DNA of 64,000 nucleotides from Alphaproteobacteria bacterium (GTDB lineage Bacteria; Pseudomonadota; Alphaproteobacteria; UBA828): NCBI GenBank assembly GCA_963422645.2, contig CAXXVO010000009.1, positions 192,001 to 256,000 of the forward strand, read 5' to 3'. Shown piece by piece: positions 30,569 to 40,421 of this stretch (position 1 is its first letter; each line of letters starts with the position of its first letter). The notes under the pieces were generated by a model. It saw only the letters and a program-made list of their open reading frames with translations, ran no database searches and was not told where the DNA came from. The position numbers and the translations under genes were made by a program.

Positions 30569-32107
30569 TCAGGAGCGCAGTATAGGGATCAGCTGCATCG
30601 GTTCCGGGTGCGCCAGGATTTGCAGGATGTTCCAGCCTTGCTTTCGAGCGGTGACGATGACGCTGCGCATTCCGGCGAAGTTGCAGGCGCCTTGCAGGGA
30701 GCGGAAGCCGCCTGAGATCTTCTCATGCACTTTGTTCATACGGATGTCACGCTCCGCCTCGTTATTCGTGAACGGCGTGCGCAGGTCGGTGAGGAAGCGC
30801 AGGCAGCCCTCCTTATGCTTTTGAAGGCGGCGCGCGAGGTTGTGGCCGATGCGGCGTTTCTTTCGCCCTCGCTTTGCGATCTGGAGCGGCGGTTGGGCCT
30901 CATGGAAGGCGATGGCTTCTTCGAGGATACGGTCCCATGCCCTTGAGATGCGGGCCACCAGGGAGGCGGGGACTTGACGGTCTTTCTCACGGGCGAAGCG
31001 GGCGGCCCTGCGCGCGCGCTGAAGCAGGCGGTGCATGCTCGCCGCCCATTCCTCCTTCTCGATGTCGATCAGGGCCTGGAGTTCGCGCAGGTGATGTGCG
31101 TTGCAGGCGCCGTGGCGGACGCCCTTGATGGTGAAGTAGGGGGCGAAGTCGTCGTGGACGAGGATGCCTTTCAGGTTCTTTTCGACATCGCCGCGTCCCT
31201 CGCCGATGCGCAGGACGGTGAGCAACGGGGTGCACAGCACATGGAGCCAGCGGGTACGGGCGGCGATACGCAGGCCGGTCTCGTCGAGGTGCTTGACCGG
31301 CGCCTGCGTGCGGATCAGATCGGCGACATGGTCGAGGAAGCCCTCGAAGCGCTGCGCTGTGCGCCGGCCCATGGCGGCGATCGTGGCAGTGGAGATGGAC
31401 ACCGCGAAGATGTCGCTCATGAGTTCGGCCAGACGCTTCTCGGGCACGAACTGGGCGTACAGCAGGTAACTCACCCAAGCGGTGATGCGAGGGCCGTACT
31501 GGACCGGGGCGGTGACGCCCGGCGGGAAGGCGGCTCGTGTCAGCGTGCCGCATGCGCCGCAGAGGCAGCGATGGGCGCGGTGTTCGGTGACCTCGAGAGG
31601 CTGCGGCTCGGGTACGTCGAAGACCTGCCGACAGGCGGGCGCGCCTTGCCGGTCGGCGTCCGAGAGCTCGACGCCACAGCCGGAACAGGTGGAGGGGTGG
31701 TGATCGACGACACGGTCCGGGCTGTCGCTCCGCGCGAGGGTGGTTCCCTTGTGGCCGGGCTGGCCGCCACTGGGCCCGCCGGACTTTCCGCGCTGGCTTT
31801 GGGTGCGCCTCTGGGCTCCGCTTTTCTTCTTGAGCCCGTCGCTGGCGGGGGGCTTGCTGCTTGTGGTGCTGTTGAGGGCCGCGCTGCGCTCGAGTTCGGC
31901 GATGCGCTCGCGCAGGGCCGCGTTCTCCTGCTCGAGTGCGGCATTTTCCCGGGCGAGCGCGGTGGCTGATCGCAGCAGCCCCTGCCCCCATTCCCGGACG
32001 GCAACGACGACAGTGGTTGCGAGGGATGATGGCTCGAGAAGCTCCTTCAGGCAGCAGAAGGCCTCGTTACGGGCGGCGAGGTCTTCGTGCCAGTGCGACA
32101 CCGTCAC
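30569..32107 (-). CDS. tnpC: IS66 transposase TnpC (isoform B)
   Basis: HLDETG, CNAHHLREL, NNEAERDIR. Confidence 0.95.
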   Translation of the reverse strand: MTVSHWHEDLAARNEAFCCLKELLEPSSLATTVVVAVREWGQGLLRSATALARENAALEQENAALRERIAELERSAALNSTTSSKPPASDGLKKKSGAQRRTQSQRGKSGGPSGGQPGHKGTTLARSDSPDRVVDHHPSTCSGCGVELSDADRQGAPACRQVFDVPEPQPLEVTEHRAHRCLCGACGTLTRAAFPPGVTAPVQYGPRITAWVSYLLYAQFVPEKRLAELMSDIFAVSISTATIAAMGRRTAQRFEGFLDHVADLIRTQAPVKHLDETGLRIAARTRWLHVLCTPLLTVLRIGEGRGDVEKNLKGILVHDDFAPYFTIKGVRHGACNAHHLRELQALIDIEKEEWAASMHRLLQRARRAARFAREKDRQVPASLVARISRAWDRILEEAIAFHEAQPPLQIAKRGRKKRRIGHNLARRLQKHKEGCLRFLTDLRTPFTNNEAERDIRMNKVHEKISGGFRSLQGACNFAGMRSVIVTARKQGWNILQILAHPEPMQLIPILRS

Positions 32108-32769
32108 GTGTCTTCGGCCTCGACGGCCATCATGGCGGCGAGCACGGCGAGGCGTTCGCCCGGCGGCAAGGCCTGGTAGCGCCGGCCCCAGTTGGCTGCC
32201 TTGCGCTTGATGCGCTGGCGGTCGGTGAAGTTCCGGCCTGCGTGGCTGGCCCAATGCATCCGGTCGGGGGCGTAGTTGAACCAGACGACCTCGGTTCGCA
32301 CCAGACCCTGGGTCGTGACCTGCAGCGCCAGCCGGCGCCATCCCGCCAGCACCTCGTCATAGAGCGCCGACGGATGGCCCGAGATCATGACCTGGCAGGG
32401 CAGAGCCTTGAGCAGCGCGAGAAGCGCGACGTGGCCGGCCTCCTCGTACTCGAAGCGGTAGCGCTGCGCCGAGCGGCGGGTCGCGTGCAGATAGGGCGGA
32501 TCGCTGTAAACCAGCTCCGGGCCCAGGAACGGGAACGAGGCCAGGAAGTCATGGGCACAGCCGTGAACCAGATCGACCGGGTAGTCGCAGACGAAGGCCT
32601 CGAGCGCCTGCGCATCGCGGTCGATGCCGATCGAACGCACGGCCGGCGGCTTGCGCTTCATCAGCGCCCCGCCCCCAAGGTGGCTTTCGATGTAGACGGA
32701 GTGCGGCGGCATCAGCGCAATCAGCGCTTGGCACAGACCTGCTGTCGCCTTCGAGCCGAAATACCCCAT
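32104..32769 (-). CDS. Dam/D12-class N6-adenine MTase (isoform B)
   Basis: DPPY; about 30 substitutions versus isoform A. Confidence 0.88.
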   Translation of the reverse strand: MGYFGSKATAGLCQALIALMPPHSVYIESHLGGGALMKRKPPAVRSIGIDRDAQALEAFVCDYPVDLVHGCAHDFLASFPFLGPELVYSDPPYLHATRRSAQRYRFEYEEAGHVALLALLKALPCQVMISGHPSALYDEVLAGWRRLALQVTTQGLVRTEVVWFNYAPDRMHWASHAGRNFTDRQRIKRKAANWGRRYQALPPGERLAVLAAMMAVEAEDT

Positions 32770-32797
32770 GGACCGCTCCCGTCACGCGAGAGAGCAG

Positions 32798-32826
32798 TCC
32801 ATAGTCCCGCAACTCTATGAGGTCAA
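32798..32826 (-). promoter_or_regulatory. Sigma70-like promoter of the MTase-tnpC operon (isoform B)
   Basis: TTGACC-N17-TATGGA; hexamers and spacing match isoform A while the spacer has diverged. Confidence 0.6.
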
Positions 32827-33490
32827 GAACCAATCGCGGTGGCAGAACCAGGCCGCGGCCGCCGCCATAATCACCGTCCTCAACTCAGGATTGGGGTACC
32901 TGGGTAGTTACATAATGGTAGAAAATTTCATTTGAAACTTGCCTGTCTTGTGCCCGCTATCATGGAAGTTTTTCTAACAATATCTGACATTCTCTGCCGT
33001 GCATTATTCTGCAAGGGTAACTCAGAAAATTGGCAGCTAAGGGCCAATATATCTTCCCCACTCCCTGACCGCCATTCGGATTATACGTCTGACATAAGCA
33101 GGTTAGGTCAGAACAGGCAGATCCGATATGTCGAATTACCAGGGAATTATTCCCTTCGACTGACTGGTACAAGCGGTGCAAATAGAAGAGAATAGCTGCC
33201 ACTACTCTCCTGTACACCTCGATATAATTCGCTGCACTTGGCGGAATATTCATAAGAACTTCTTATTGAGGGAGTTAGAAATCCTTGCTGGACCATACGC
33301 CCCGGTATTGCCACATCCATACGTGAAGTGTGTGCAGTTAATTCCTGAAAGGCCGGGGCCGCAGATGTTCGAGAAACGAAACGACCTGGTAACTGCCCAG
33401 GTCTGATTCTGCCGAGCACTCGGACGTGATGGATTGATGGTTCTGACCAGCCAGGGGTCAGGCGGCGCTTTCCCGGAGCAGCGCAGGATT

Positions 33491-35032
33491 TCAGAAGCGC
33501 AATACGGGGATCAGCTGGATTGGATCGGGGTGCGCCAGGGTTTCGAGGACATTCCAGCGCTGTTTTCGAGCGGTGGCGATGACGGATCGCAGGTTTGCGA
33601 AGTCGCGGGCGCCTTGTATCGAGCGGAAGCCGCCTGAGATTTTCTGGCGCAGCTTGCCCATTCGGAGGTCGCGCTCGGCCTCGTTGTTGGAGAAGGGGGT
33701 TCGCGGATCGGTGAGGAAGCGCAGGCACCCCTCCTTGTACTTCTGGAGTCGGAGGGCGAGGTTGTGACCGATGCGGCGCTTTTGTCGTCCGCGCTTTCCG
33801 GTCTGGAGCGGTGGCATTTCTTCGTGAGAGGCGATGGCACGTTCGAGGATGCGGTCCCAGGCTCGCGAGATGCGGGCCACCAGTGAGGCGGGCACGTCGC
33901 GGTCGTTCTTGTGGGCGAAGCGGGCGGCTCTGTTGGCACGGATGAGGAGCCGGTGCGTGCTCGTTGCCCAGTCTTCCTTCTCGATCTCGATGAGGGCTTG
34001 GAGCTCGCGCAGGTGATGGGCGTTGCAGGCCCCGTGGCGCACGCCCTCGAGAGCGAAGTAGGTGGCGTAGTCGTCATGGATGACGATGCCGTTGAGCTTC
34101 TCGTCGATGTGGCTGCGCCCGGTGGCGACGCGCAGGATGGTGAGCAACGGGGTGCACAGCACATGGAGCCAATGGGTCCGGGCGGCGATGCGGATGCCGG
34201 TCTCGTCGAGGTGTTTGACTGGGGCTGCGGTGCGGATGATCTCCGCGAGGCGATCGAGGAAGCCCTCGAAGCGCCGGGCGGTGCGCCTTCCCATGGCGAC
34301 GATGGTGGCTGTTGAGAGCTTGACCGCGAAGAGGTCGCTCATGACCTCGGCGACCCGCTTCTCGGGAATGAACTGAGCGTGCAGCAGGTAGGTCACCCAC
34401 GCGGTGATGCGCGGCCCGTATTGGACCGGTGCGCTCACGCCGTTCGGGAAGACGGCTGTCGTCACGGTGCCGCAGGCAGCGCAGAGGCAACGATGGCCGC
34501 GATGTTCGGTGACCTCGAGGGGCTGCGGCTCGGGCACATCGAAGACCTGCCGGCAGACGGGGGCTCCGTGACGGTCAGCGTCCGACAGCGGCGCGCCGCA
34601 GCCCTCACAGGCGGACGGATCATGATCGACGACATGGTCGGGCGTCGCGGTCCGCTCCAGGGTAGTTCCCTTGTGGCCCGGCTGGCCGCCACTGGGCCTG
34701 TCGGACTTGCCGCGCTGGCTCCGGGTGCGCTTCTCCCGGTCACCGCTCTTCTTCTTCAGACCGTCGCTGGCCGGCGGCTTGGAGCTGGTGGTGCTGTCGA
34801 GCGCGGCGCTGCGCTCGAGTTCGGCGATCCGCTCGCGCAAGCGGGCGTTCTCCCGCTCCAGCGCGTCGTTCTCCTTGACCAGGGCCGCGCTCAGGCGCAG
34901 CAACCCCTGGCCCCATTCCCGAATGGCTTTGACGGCGGTCATTGCGAAGGATTGTGGGGTGAAAAGGTCCTGCAGGCACGCGAAGGCCTCGTCGTGGGCA
35001 GCGAGGTCCTCGTGCCAGCGCGACACTGTCAC
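33491..35032 (-). CDS. tnpC: IS66 transposase TnpC
   Basis: Same protein as copy 1. Confidence 0.95.
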   Translation of the reverse strand: MTVSRWHEDLAAHDEAFACLQDLFTPQSFAMTAVKAIREWGQGLLRLSAALVKENDALERENARLRERIAELERSAALDSTTSSKPPASDGLKKKSGDREKRTRSQRGKSDRPSGGQPGHKGTTLERTATPDHVVDHDPSACEGCGAPLSDADRHGAPVCRQVFDVPEPQPLEVTEHRGHRCLCAACGTVTTAVFPNGVSAPVQYGPRITAWVTYLLHAQFIPEKRVAEVMSDLFAVKLSTATIVAMGRRTARRFEGFLDRLAEIIRTAAPVKHLDETGIRIAARTHWLHVLCTPLLTILRVATGRSHIDEKLNGIVIHDDYATYFALEGVRHGACNAHHLRELQALIEIEKEDWATSTHRLLIRANRAARFAHKNDRDVPASLVARISRAWDRILERAIASHEEMPPLQTGKRGRQKRRIGHNLALRLQKYKEGCLRFLTDPRTPFSNNEAERDLRMGKLRQKISGGFRSIQGARDFANLRSVIATARKQRWNVLETLAHPDPIQLIPVLRF

Positions 35033-35697
35033 GAACCCTCGTCGGCCTCGACGGCCATGATCGCGGCCAGCACCGCCAGGCGTTCGCCCGCCGGCATGGC
35101 CTCGTAGCGCCGGCCCCAGTTGGCCGCCTTGCGCTTGATGCACTGGCGCTCGGTGAAGTTCCGGCCGGCGAAGCTCGCCCAGTGCACCCGGTCAGGCGCG
35201 AAGTTGAACCACACGACCTCGGTCCGCACCTGGGCCTGGGTCGTCACCTGCAGCGCCAGCCGGCGCCAGCCCGCCAGCAGCTCGTCATAGAGCGCAGACG
35301 GGTGGCCCGAGACCATCACCTGGCAGGGCAGACCCTTGAGCAGTTCGAGGAGCGCGACGTGGTCGGCCTCCTCGTACTCGAAGCGGTAGCGCTGCGACGA
35401 ACGCCGGGTCGCGTGCAGATAGGGCGGATCGCTGTAGACCAGCTCCGGGCCCAGAAACGGGAACGAGGCCAGGAAGGAATGGGCGCAGCCGGGCACCAAC
35501 TCCACCGGGTAGTCGCAGCCAAAGGCCTCAAGCGCCCGCTCGTCGCGGTCGATCCCGATCGAGCGCATGGCCGCAGGCTTGCGCTTCATCAGCGCCCCGC
35601 CCCCAAGATGGCTCTCGATATAGACAGAGTGCCGCGGCATCAGCGCAATCAGCGCCTGGCTCAGACCGGTCGTCGCCTTCGACCCGAAATACCCCAC
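35029..35697 (-). CDS. Dam/D12-class N6-adenine MTase
   Basis: DPPY; two substitutions versus copy 1. Confidence 0.88.
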   Translation of the reverse strand: MGYFGSKATTGLSQALIALMPRHSVYIESHLGGGALMKRKPAAMRSIGIDRDERALEAFGCDYPVELVPGCAHSFLASFPFLGPELVYSDPPYLHATRRSSQRYRFEYEEADHVALLELLKGLPCQVMVSGHPSALYDELLAGWRRLALQVTTQAQVRTEVVWFNFAPDRVHWASFAGRNFTERQCIKRKAANWGRRYEAMPAGERLAVLAAIMAVEADEGS

Positions 35698-36772
35698 CGG
35701 CTGCTCCTCTCATGCGAGAGTGCAACCCATAGGCGAGAGAACCTATACAGTCAAGCGGGGATCAACGACGCGCCGACGGCGAAACGGCACCGACGGCAAG
35801 CAACATCAGCACGCACTCAGAACTGGCGGCGGGGTACCTGGGTAGTTACACGACCTGATCAAATTCCTCGCCGTTGCGGAGACCGGCGCCATTCTCTCCG
35901 CCGCCGACAAGCTCGGCATCACGCAACCTGCTCTCTCGCGCGTCGTGGCGCGGCTCGAGCGCCAGTTCGGAGGCCGGCTCTTCGACCGCATGTCCACGGG
36001 CGTTCGGCTCACGCCGCTCGGCGCCGTCGTCGCGGATCTGGCACGCCATATCCTTTACGAAATCGAGGCTGCCGAAGAGAAGATCACCGCGACGCTCGCG
36101 GGCCGCACCGGCAGCCTGCGAGTCACGGCTGGCCCCATGTGGATGCGGGCTGTGCTTCCCGATGCCATAGCCAAGTTCCACGAGACCTGCCCCGGTGTGG
36201 AGATCAAGCTGAAGACGACGCCGATGACCGAAGGCATCCGCCTGCTCGCCAACGGTGATAACGACATTCACTGCGGCGGCATCAACAGCAACGAACCCTT
36301 GCCGCAGTTCCTCAAGAGCGAACGCTTCCTCGACATGACCTGGGGCATCGTCGCCCACAAGGACCATCCGCTCCATACCGGAACGGTGAGCGATGACGCG
36401 CTCGCCCAGTACCCGTGGATCGACTTCGACGCACCCATGCGGGCGGATGCCGCCAACGGGCGGCCTTCGTTGGCCGGAGTCCTCGACCAGCTCTATGACA
36501 GGACGGGCAAGCGGGTGAAGACCGTCACGCGCGCCGGTTCCGCCGGCCTGTTCCTGATGACGGCAGGCCCCTACCTCTCCTGGCTGTCGCTGACCTTCCT
36601 GGAGCGCCTTTCCGAACATCCGCTCAAGCCCTTGCCGGTGGCATTCGGCACCTATCGTCACCGTACCGGAATGGTGTCGCGGCGCTCCTCCGACGATATG
36701 TCGCCGTTCGGGCGCTTCCGGGGAATCGTGCGCGACATTGCGTCGTCGCGAAACGCCTGAGCCCCGGCCTCG

Positions 36773-37189
36773 TTAGGAATCTCCCCCGCCTTCGTCCCTC
36801 GGGGTGAGCACGAGCGAGGCGGAGTTCAGGCAGTAGCGTAAACCCGTGGGCGCCGGCCCGTCGGGGAAGACGTGGCCCAGATGGGCGTCGCATCGGCGGC
36901 ACACGACCTCGGTCCGGCGCATGCCGTAGCTCACGTCTTCCACCGTGCCGACGCTCGCGGCATCGACCGGCCTCGTGAAGCTCGGCCAGCCAGTACCGGA
37001 ATCGAATTTGTCGCCGGAGTTGAAGAGGGCGGCGCCGCAACAGACGCAGGCATACTCTCCCGGCGTCTTCTCGTCGCAGTAGGCGCCCGCGAAGGGCCGC
37101 TCGGTGCCCCCCTTCCGGGCCACGTAGTACTGCTCCTCGGTCAGCGCTGCGCGCCATTCCGCATCCGTCTTTACCACCTTGTCCGCCAT
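36773..37189 (-). CDS. msrB: Peptide-methionine (R)-S-oxide reductase
   Basis: [36 protein letters not shown]. Confidence 0.97.
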   Translation of the reverse strand: MADKVVKTDAEWRAALTEEQYYVARKGGTERPFAGAYCDEKTPGEYACVCCGAALFNSGDKFDSGTGWPSFTRPVDAASVGTVEDVSYGMRRTEVVCRRCDAHLGHVFPDGPAPTGLRYCLNSASLVLTPRDEGGGDS

Positions 37190-37334
37190 GATGCCTCCTC
37201 CGCATTACGCTGCCTCGCCCCGCTCCCTCGATTGCCGGGCTCACCGTGTATATATAGCGCCGGGCGGCGCGGGCAGGCGGCAAATTCTGGAGAGCCGTCC
37301 ATTGATCGTTTGCCGGCAAGCGAAGGAGGCTCCC

Positions 37335-38297
37335 ATGGCACGGCCCGCACCTGCGACAGTCAGCACTATTGCGTTGCTCGGCACCGGCACCATCGGGGCG
37401 AGCTGGGCGACGTACTTTCTGGCGCGGGGCTTCTCGGTCACGGCCTGGGACCCCGCTCCCGATACCGCCGCGCGCCTCAGCGCCTTCATCGACGCGGCCT
37501 GGCCCGCGATGGAGCGGCTCGGCGTCAGTGCAGGCGCCGACCCCGCGCGGGTGCGCGTGGTGGACCAGCCGGAGCAGGCGGTCGAAGGCGCGGTTTTCGT
37601 ACAGGAGAACGCGCCGGAGGAGCGGGAGCTCAAGCGCGAGCTCTACCGTCGTATCGACCCGGTGCTGCCGGCGGGCGCGGTGCTCGCGTCGAGCTCGTCG
37701 GGGCTCCTGATCAGCGAGCTCCAGGAGGGCCTGCGCAACGCGGCACGCTTCGTCATCGGCCACCCCTTCAACCCGCCCCATCTCGTCCCCCTGGTGGAAG
37801 TGGTGGGTGGGCGCGACACCGACCCGGCCACGATCGATTGGGTTCTGGATTTCTACAATGCCCACGGTAAGCACGCGATCCGGGTGGAGCGCGAGGTGCC
37901 TGGCCATATCGCCAACAGGCTGCAGGCGGCGCTCCTGCGCGAGGCCTTTCACCTCTTCCTTTCCGGCGTGGCCAGCGCCGCCGACATCGACGCGGCCGTT
38001 GCCCAGGGCCCGGGGCTCCGCTGGGCCTTCATGGGGCCCTTCCTTACCATGCACCTGGCCGGCGGCGAGGGTGGCATGCGCGGCGCGCTCAACCACTTCG
38101 GGCCGGGGCTGGAAAACTGGTGGGCCGATTCTGGCACACCCCGCCTGGATGAGGGCGCGATCGAGGCCATGGGCCGCGCCGTGGACGACATGCTGGACGG
38201 CCAGTCGATCCCGGCGCTCGCGGCCGTGCGCGATGCGCGACTGCTCGCCCTGCTGGCGGCGCTGGAAGCATCTGCGCCACCGGCCGACGCGGGCTAA
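37335..38297 (+). CDS. 3-hydroxyacyl-CoA dehydrogenase family (carnitine dehydrogenase-like)
   Basis: GTGTIG, QENAPE, HPFNPPHLVPLVE, GPGLRWAFMGP. Confidence 0.9.
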   Translation: MARPAPATVSTIALLGTGTIGASWATYFLARGFSVTAWDPAPDTAARLSAFIDAAWPAMERLGVSAGADPARVRVVDQPEQAVEGAVFVQENAPEERELKRELYRRIDPVLPAGAVLASSSSGLLISELQEGLRNAARFVIGHPFNPPHLVPLVEVVGGRDTDPATIDWVLDFYNAHGKHAIRVEREVPGHIANRLQAALLREAFHLFLSGVASAADIDAAVAQGPGLRWAFMGPFLTMHLAGGEGGMRGALNHFGPGLENWWADSGTPRLDEGAIEAMGRAVDDMLDGQSIPALAAVRDARLLALLAALEASAPPADAG

Positions 38298-38385
38298 CGT
38301 GCCAATTCTGTGTTCTTGATAACGTCCATTTGCCGTTCGGCGGAATCCAGCGTGCGCAGACAAGAGCGCGAAGAAGGAGAGAGAC

Positions 38386-39480
38386 ATGGCGATCGACGTT
38401 GCGAAGGTGGAGATCAAGTCAGTCTCGGACGCCTCCGGCCTGGAGGAGCTGATCGCATCGGGCCGCATGGCGGCGGATGAGGTCGTGGCCGTGATCGGCA
38501 AGACGGAGGGCAACGGCGGGGTCAACGACTTCACGCGCATCCTGTCGGACTCCGCCTTCCGCGGAGTCCTGCTCGAGCATGGCACGCGCGGCGAAGAGGA
38601 GGTCGGCGAAATCCCCATGGTCTGGTCAGGCGGCTGCGACGGCGTGCTCACGCCGCACGCGACCGTCTTCGCCAGCAACGATGAGACGGGGCCCGAGGAT
38701 TCAGCTCGCCTCGCCATGGGCACCGCCATGAGCGCGCCGATCCTGCCTGAGGATATTGGTCGGCCCGCGATGGTGGAAAAGATCGCAGACGGAGTCCGCG
38801 CGGCGATGGCCGACGCGGGGATCAGCGACCCGGCCGACGTCCACTATGTCCAGACCAAGACGCCGCTGCTCACCATCGACACGGTGCGGGAGGCGCACAC
38901 GCGCGGCGAGACTACGGCCTGCGAGGTGCATCAATCGATGGGGGTCTCCAACGGCACCACCGGGCTCGGCATCGCCGTCGCGCTCGGCGAGGTGGACATG
39001 CCCGGGGCAGACGAAATCTGCCGCAATCTGGATCTCTACTCCTCGGTCGCTTCGTGCTCGTCAGGCGTGGAGCTCGACCGCGGGCAGATCGTTCTCTTCG
39101 GCAACGCGCCCGGCGCCGGCGGTCGCTTTCGCATCGGCCACGGCGTGATGCGGGACGCCCTCGACATCGACGGCATCTACGACGGCATCCGCAATGCCGG
39201 TCTCGACCTGCCGGAGCGCCCGCGCGCCGCCGACCTGGGCGACAAGCTGGTGAACTGCTTCATCAAGTGCGAGGCCGACCGCACCGCCCGCCTGCGTGGG
39301 CGCCGCCAGATCATGCTGGACGATTCCGACGTTCACCATCACCGCCATTCCAAGGGTGCCGTGGGCGGCGTCGCGGCGGCGGCGATCGGCGATCCCGCGG
39401 TGTTCGTCTCGGTCGATGCGATGCACCAGGGGCCGCAGGGCGGCGGCCCGGTGGTGGCGATCGTCGACGTGGGCGCCTAG
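38386..39480 (+). CDS. Ring-opening amidohydrolase, barbiturase-like (AtzD/Bar family)
   Basis: [39 protein letters not shown]. Confidence 0.9.
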   Translation: MAIDVAKVEIKSVSDASGLEELIASGRMAADEVVAVIGKTEGNGGVNDFTRILSDSAFRGVLLEHGTRGEEEVGEIPMVWSGGCDGVLTPHATVFASNDETGPEDSARLAMGTAMSAPILPEDIGRPAMVEKIADGVRAAMADAGISDPADVHYVQTKTPLLTIDTVREAHTRGETTACEVHQSMGVSNGTTGLGIAVALGEVDMPGADEICRNLDLYSSVASCSSGVELDRGQIVLFGNAPGAGGRFRIGHGVMRDALDIDGIYDGIRNAGLDLPERPRAADLGDKLVNCFIKCEADRTARLRGRRQIMLDDSDVHHHRHSKGAVGGVAAAAIGDPAVFVSVDAMHQGPQGGGPVVAIVDVGA

Positions 39481-39639
39481 CCAGCATCGTATTCTCGCCC
39501 CGGTTCGCAACCCACAGAGCGAATCGCGCCGTTCCCGTCAAAGCCGTGAGATGTCCGGCAGCCTGCCAGCGGGACGCTGGTGCCCGCGGCCGGCATCGGC
39601 CATCATCGCGCCGCCCGGCAGCGCGGCAAGGAGAGGAGC

Positions 39640-40035
39640 ATGATCACGAAGGGCATCGAGCAGCTGGTGGCCGAAGCGGAGGCCGAGATCGAGACCCTCT
39701 CGGCTACCGATGCCATCGCGCTGATGGACGACGAGGGCGTCGAGCTCGTCGATATCCGCGACATTCGGGAGCTGTGGCGGGAAGGCGCCGTCCCCGGCGC
39801 GCGTCACGTGCCGCGGGGCATGGTCGAGTTCTGGATCGATCCCGAGAGCCCCTACCACAAGCCTTTCTTCGCGAGCGGCAAGAAGTTCGTCTTCTTCTGC
39901 GCGGGCGGCATGCGCTCGGCGCTGGCAACGCAGGCGGCCCATAACATGGGGCTCGGCCCGGTCGCCCATATCGCCGGCGGCTTCGGCGCCTGGAAGGAGG
40001 CGGGCGGGCCGACCGAGGAGAAGCCGCGTCCCTAA
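39640..40035 (+). CDS. Rhodanese-like protein
   Basis: VDIRD.RE, PRGMVEFWIDP, CAGGMRS, GGFGAW. Confidence 0.93.
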   Translation: MITKGIEQLVAEAEAEIETLSATDAIALMDDEGVELVDIRDIRELWREGAVPGARHVPRGMVEFWIDPESPYHKPFFASGKKFVFFCAGGMRSALATQAAHNMGLGPVAHIAGGFGAWKEAGGPTEEKPRP

Positions 40036-40421
40036 CCCGCACTTCCCACCACGGTCGCGGCCCGCGCCCCGCGCAGGGTGTGAGACAGGACTTGAAAATT
40101 TTTGGCGGGATTCGCCGGGATTAGGCGGGACAAGTGGGGTGTCGCGCACGCGCGCAGCGTCGTGCGCGCAGCATATGGCATTTCGCACGCGCGCTGCGTC
40201 GTGCATGCGGCGGATGGTATTTCGCACGCGATACGGTGTCGCGCGGACCTGGACCTCGCTCGCCCCCGATATTGACCCGCTCCTGTTATTCACGGCCCGA
40301 TCGTGGCGCTGGTGCCCCGGCGTGGGCACCGCACCATGGTCCCGAGAGCGGGGAGGGGTGGGAGAAGCAGAGTCCTCCCGGTCCTGTCGGCCGGGCAGCG
40401 CCGGCCGCACCCTGACCAGAC

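Larger units (their letters stand above)
30404..32911 (-). mobile_element. IS66-family element with MTase, copy 2 (isoform B), intact
   Basis: 19-bp TIR GTAACT(G/A)CCCAGGTACCCC; 8-bp TSD ATAATGGT. Confidence 0.97.
33389..35849 (-). mobile_element. IS66-family element with MTase, copy 3 (isoform A), intact
   Basis: 2461 bp, TIRs, 8-bp TSD ACGACCTG. Confidence 0.97.
33365..36760 (+). pseudogene. LysR family regulator interrupted by IS66 copy 3
   Basis: MFEKRNDL (33365-33388) rejoins in frame to IKFLAVAETGAILSAADKLGITQPALSR (35858 onward) when the IS and one TSD are removed. Confidence 0.92.

Noticed and set aside
36624-38729. Long antisense or alternate-frame ORFs (e.g. 701, 633, 615, 602, 577 aa)
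   Set aside because: Shadows of clear genes in high-GC DNA; Arg/Ala/Gly-rich with no motifs
40142-40245. 39-bp repeats as CRISPR or a real repeat protein
   Set aside because: Only about 2.5 degenerate units, no spacers; the ORF has no recognisable features
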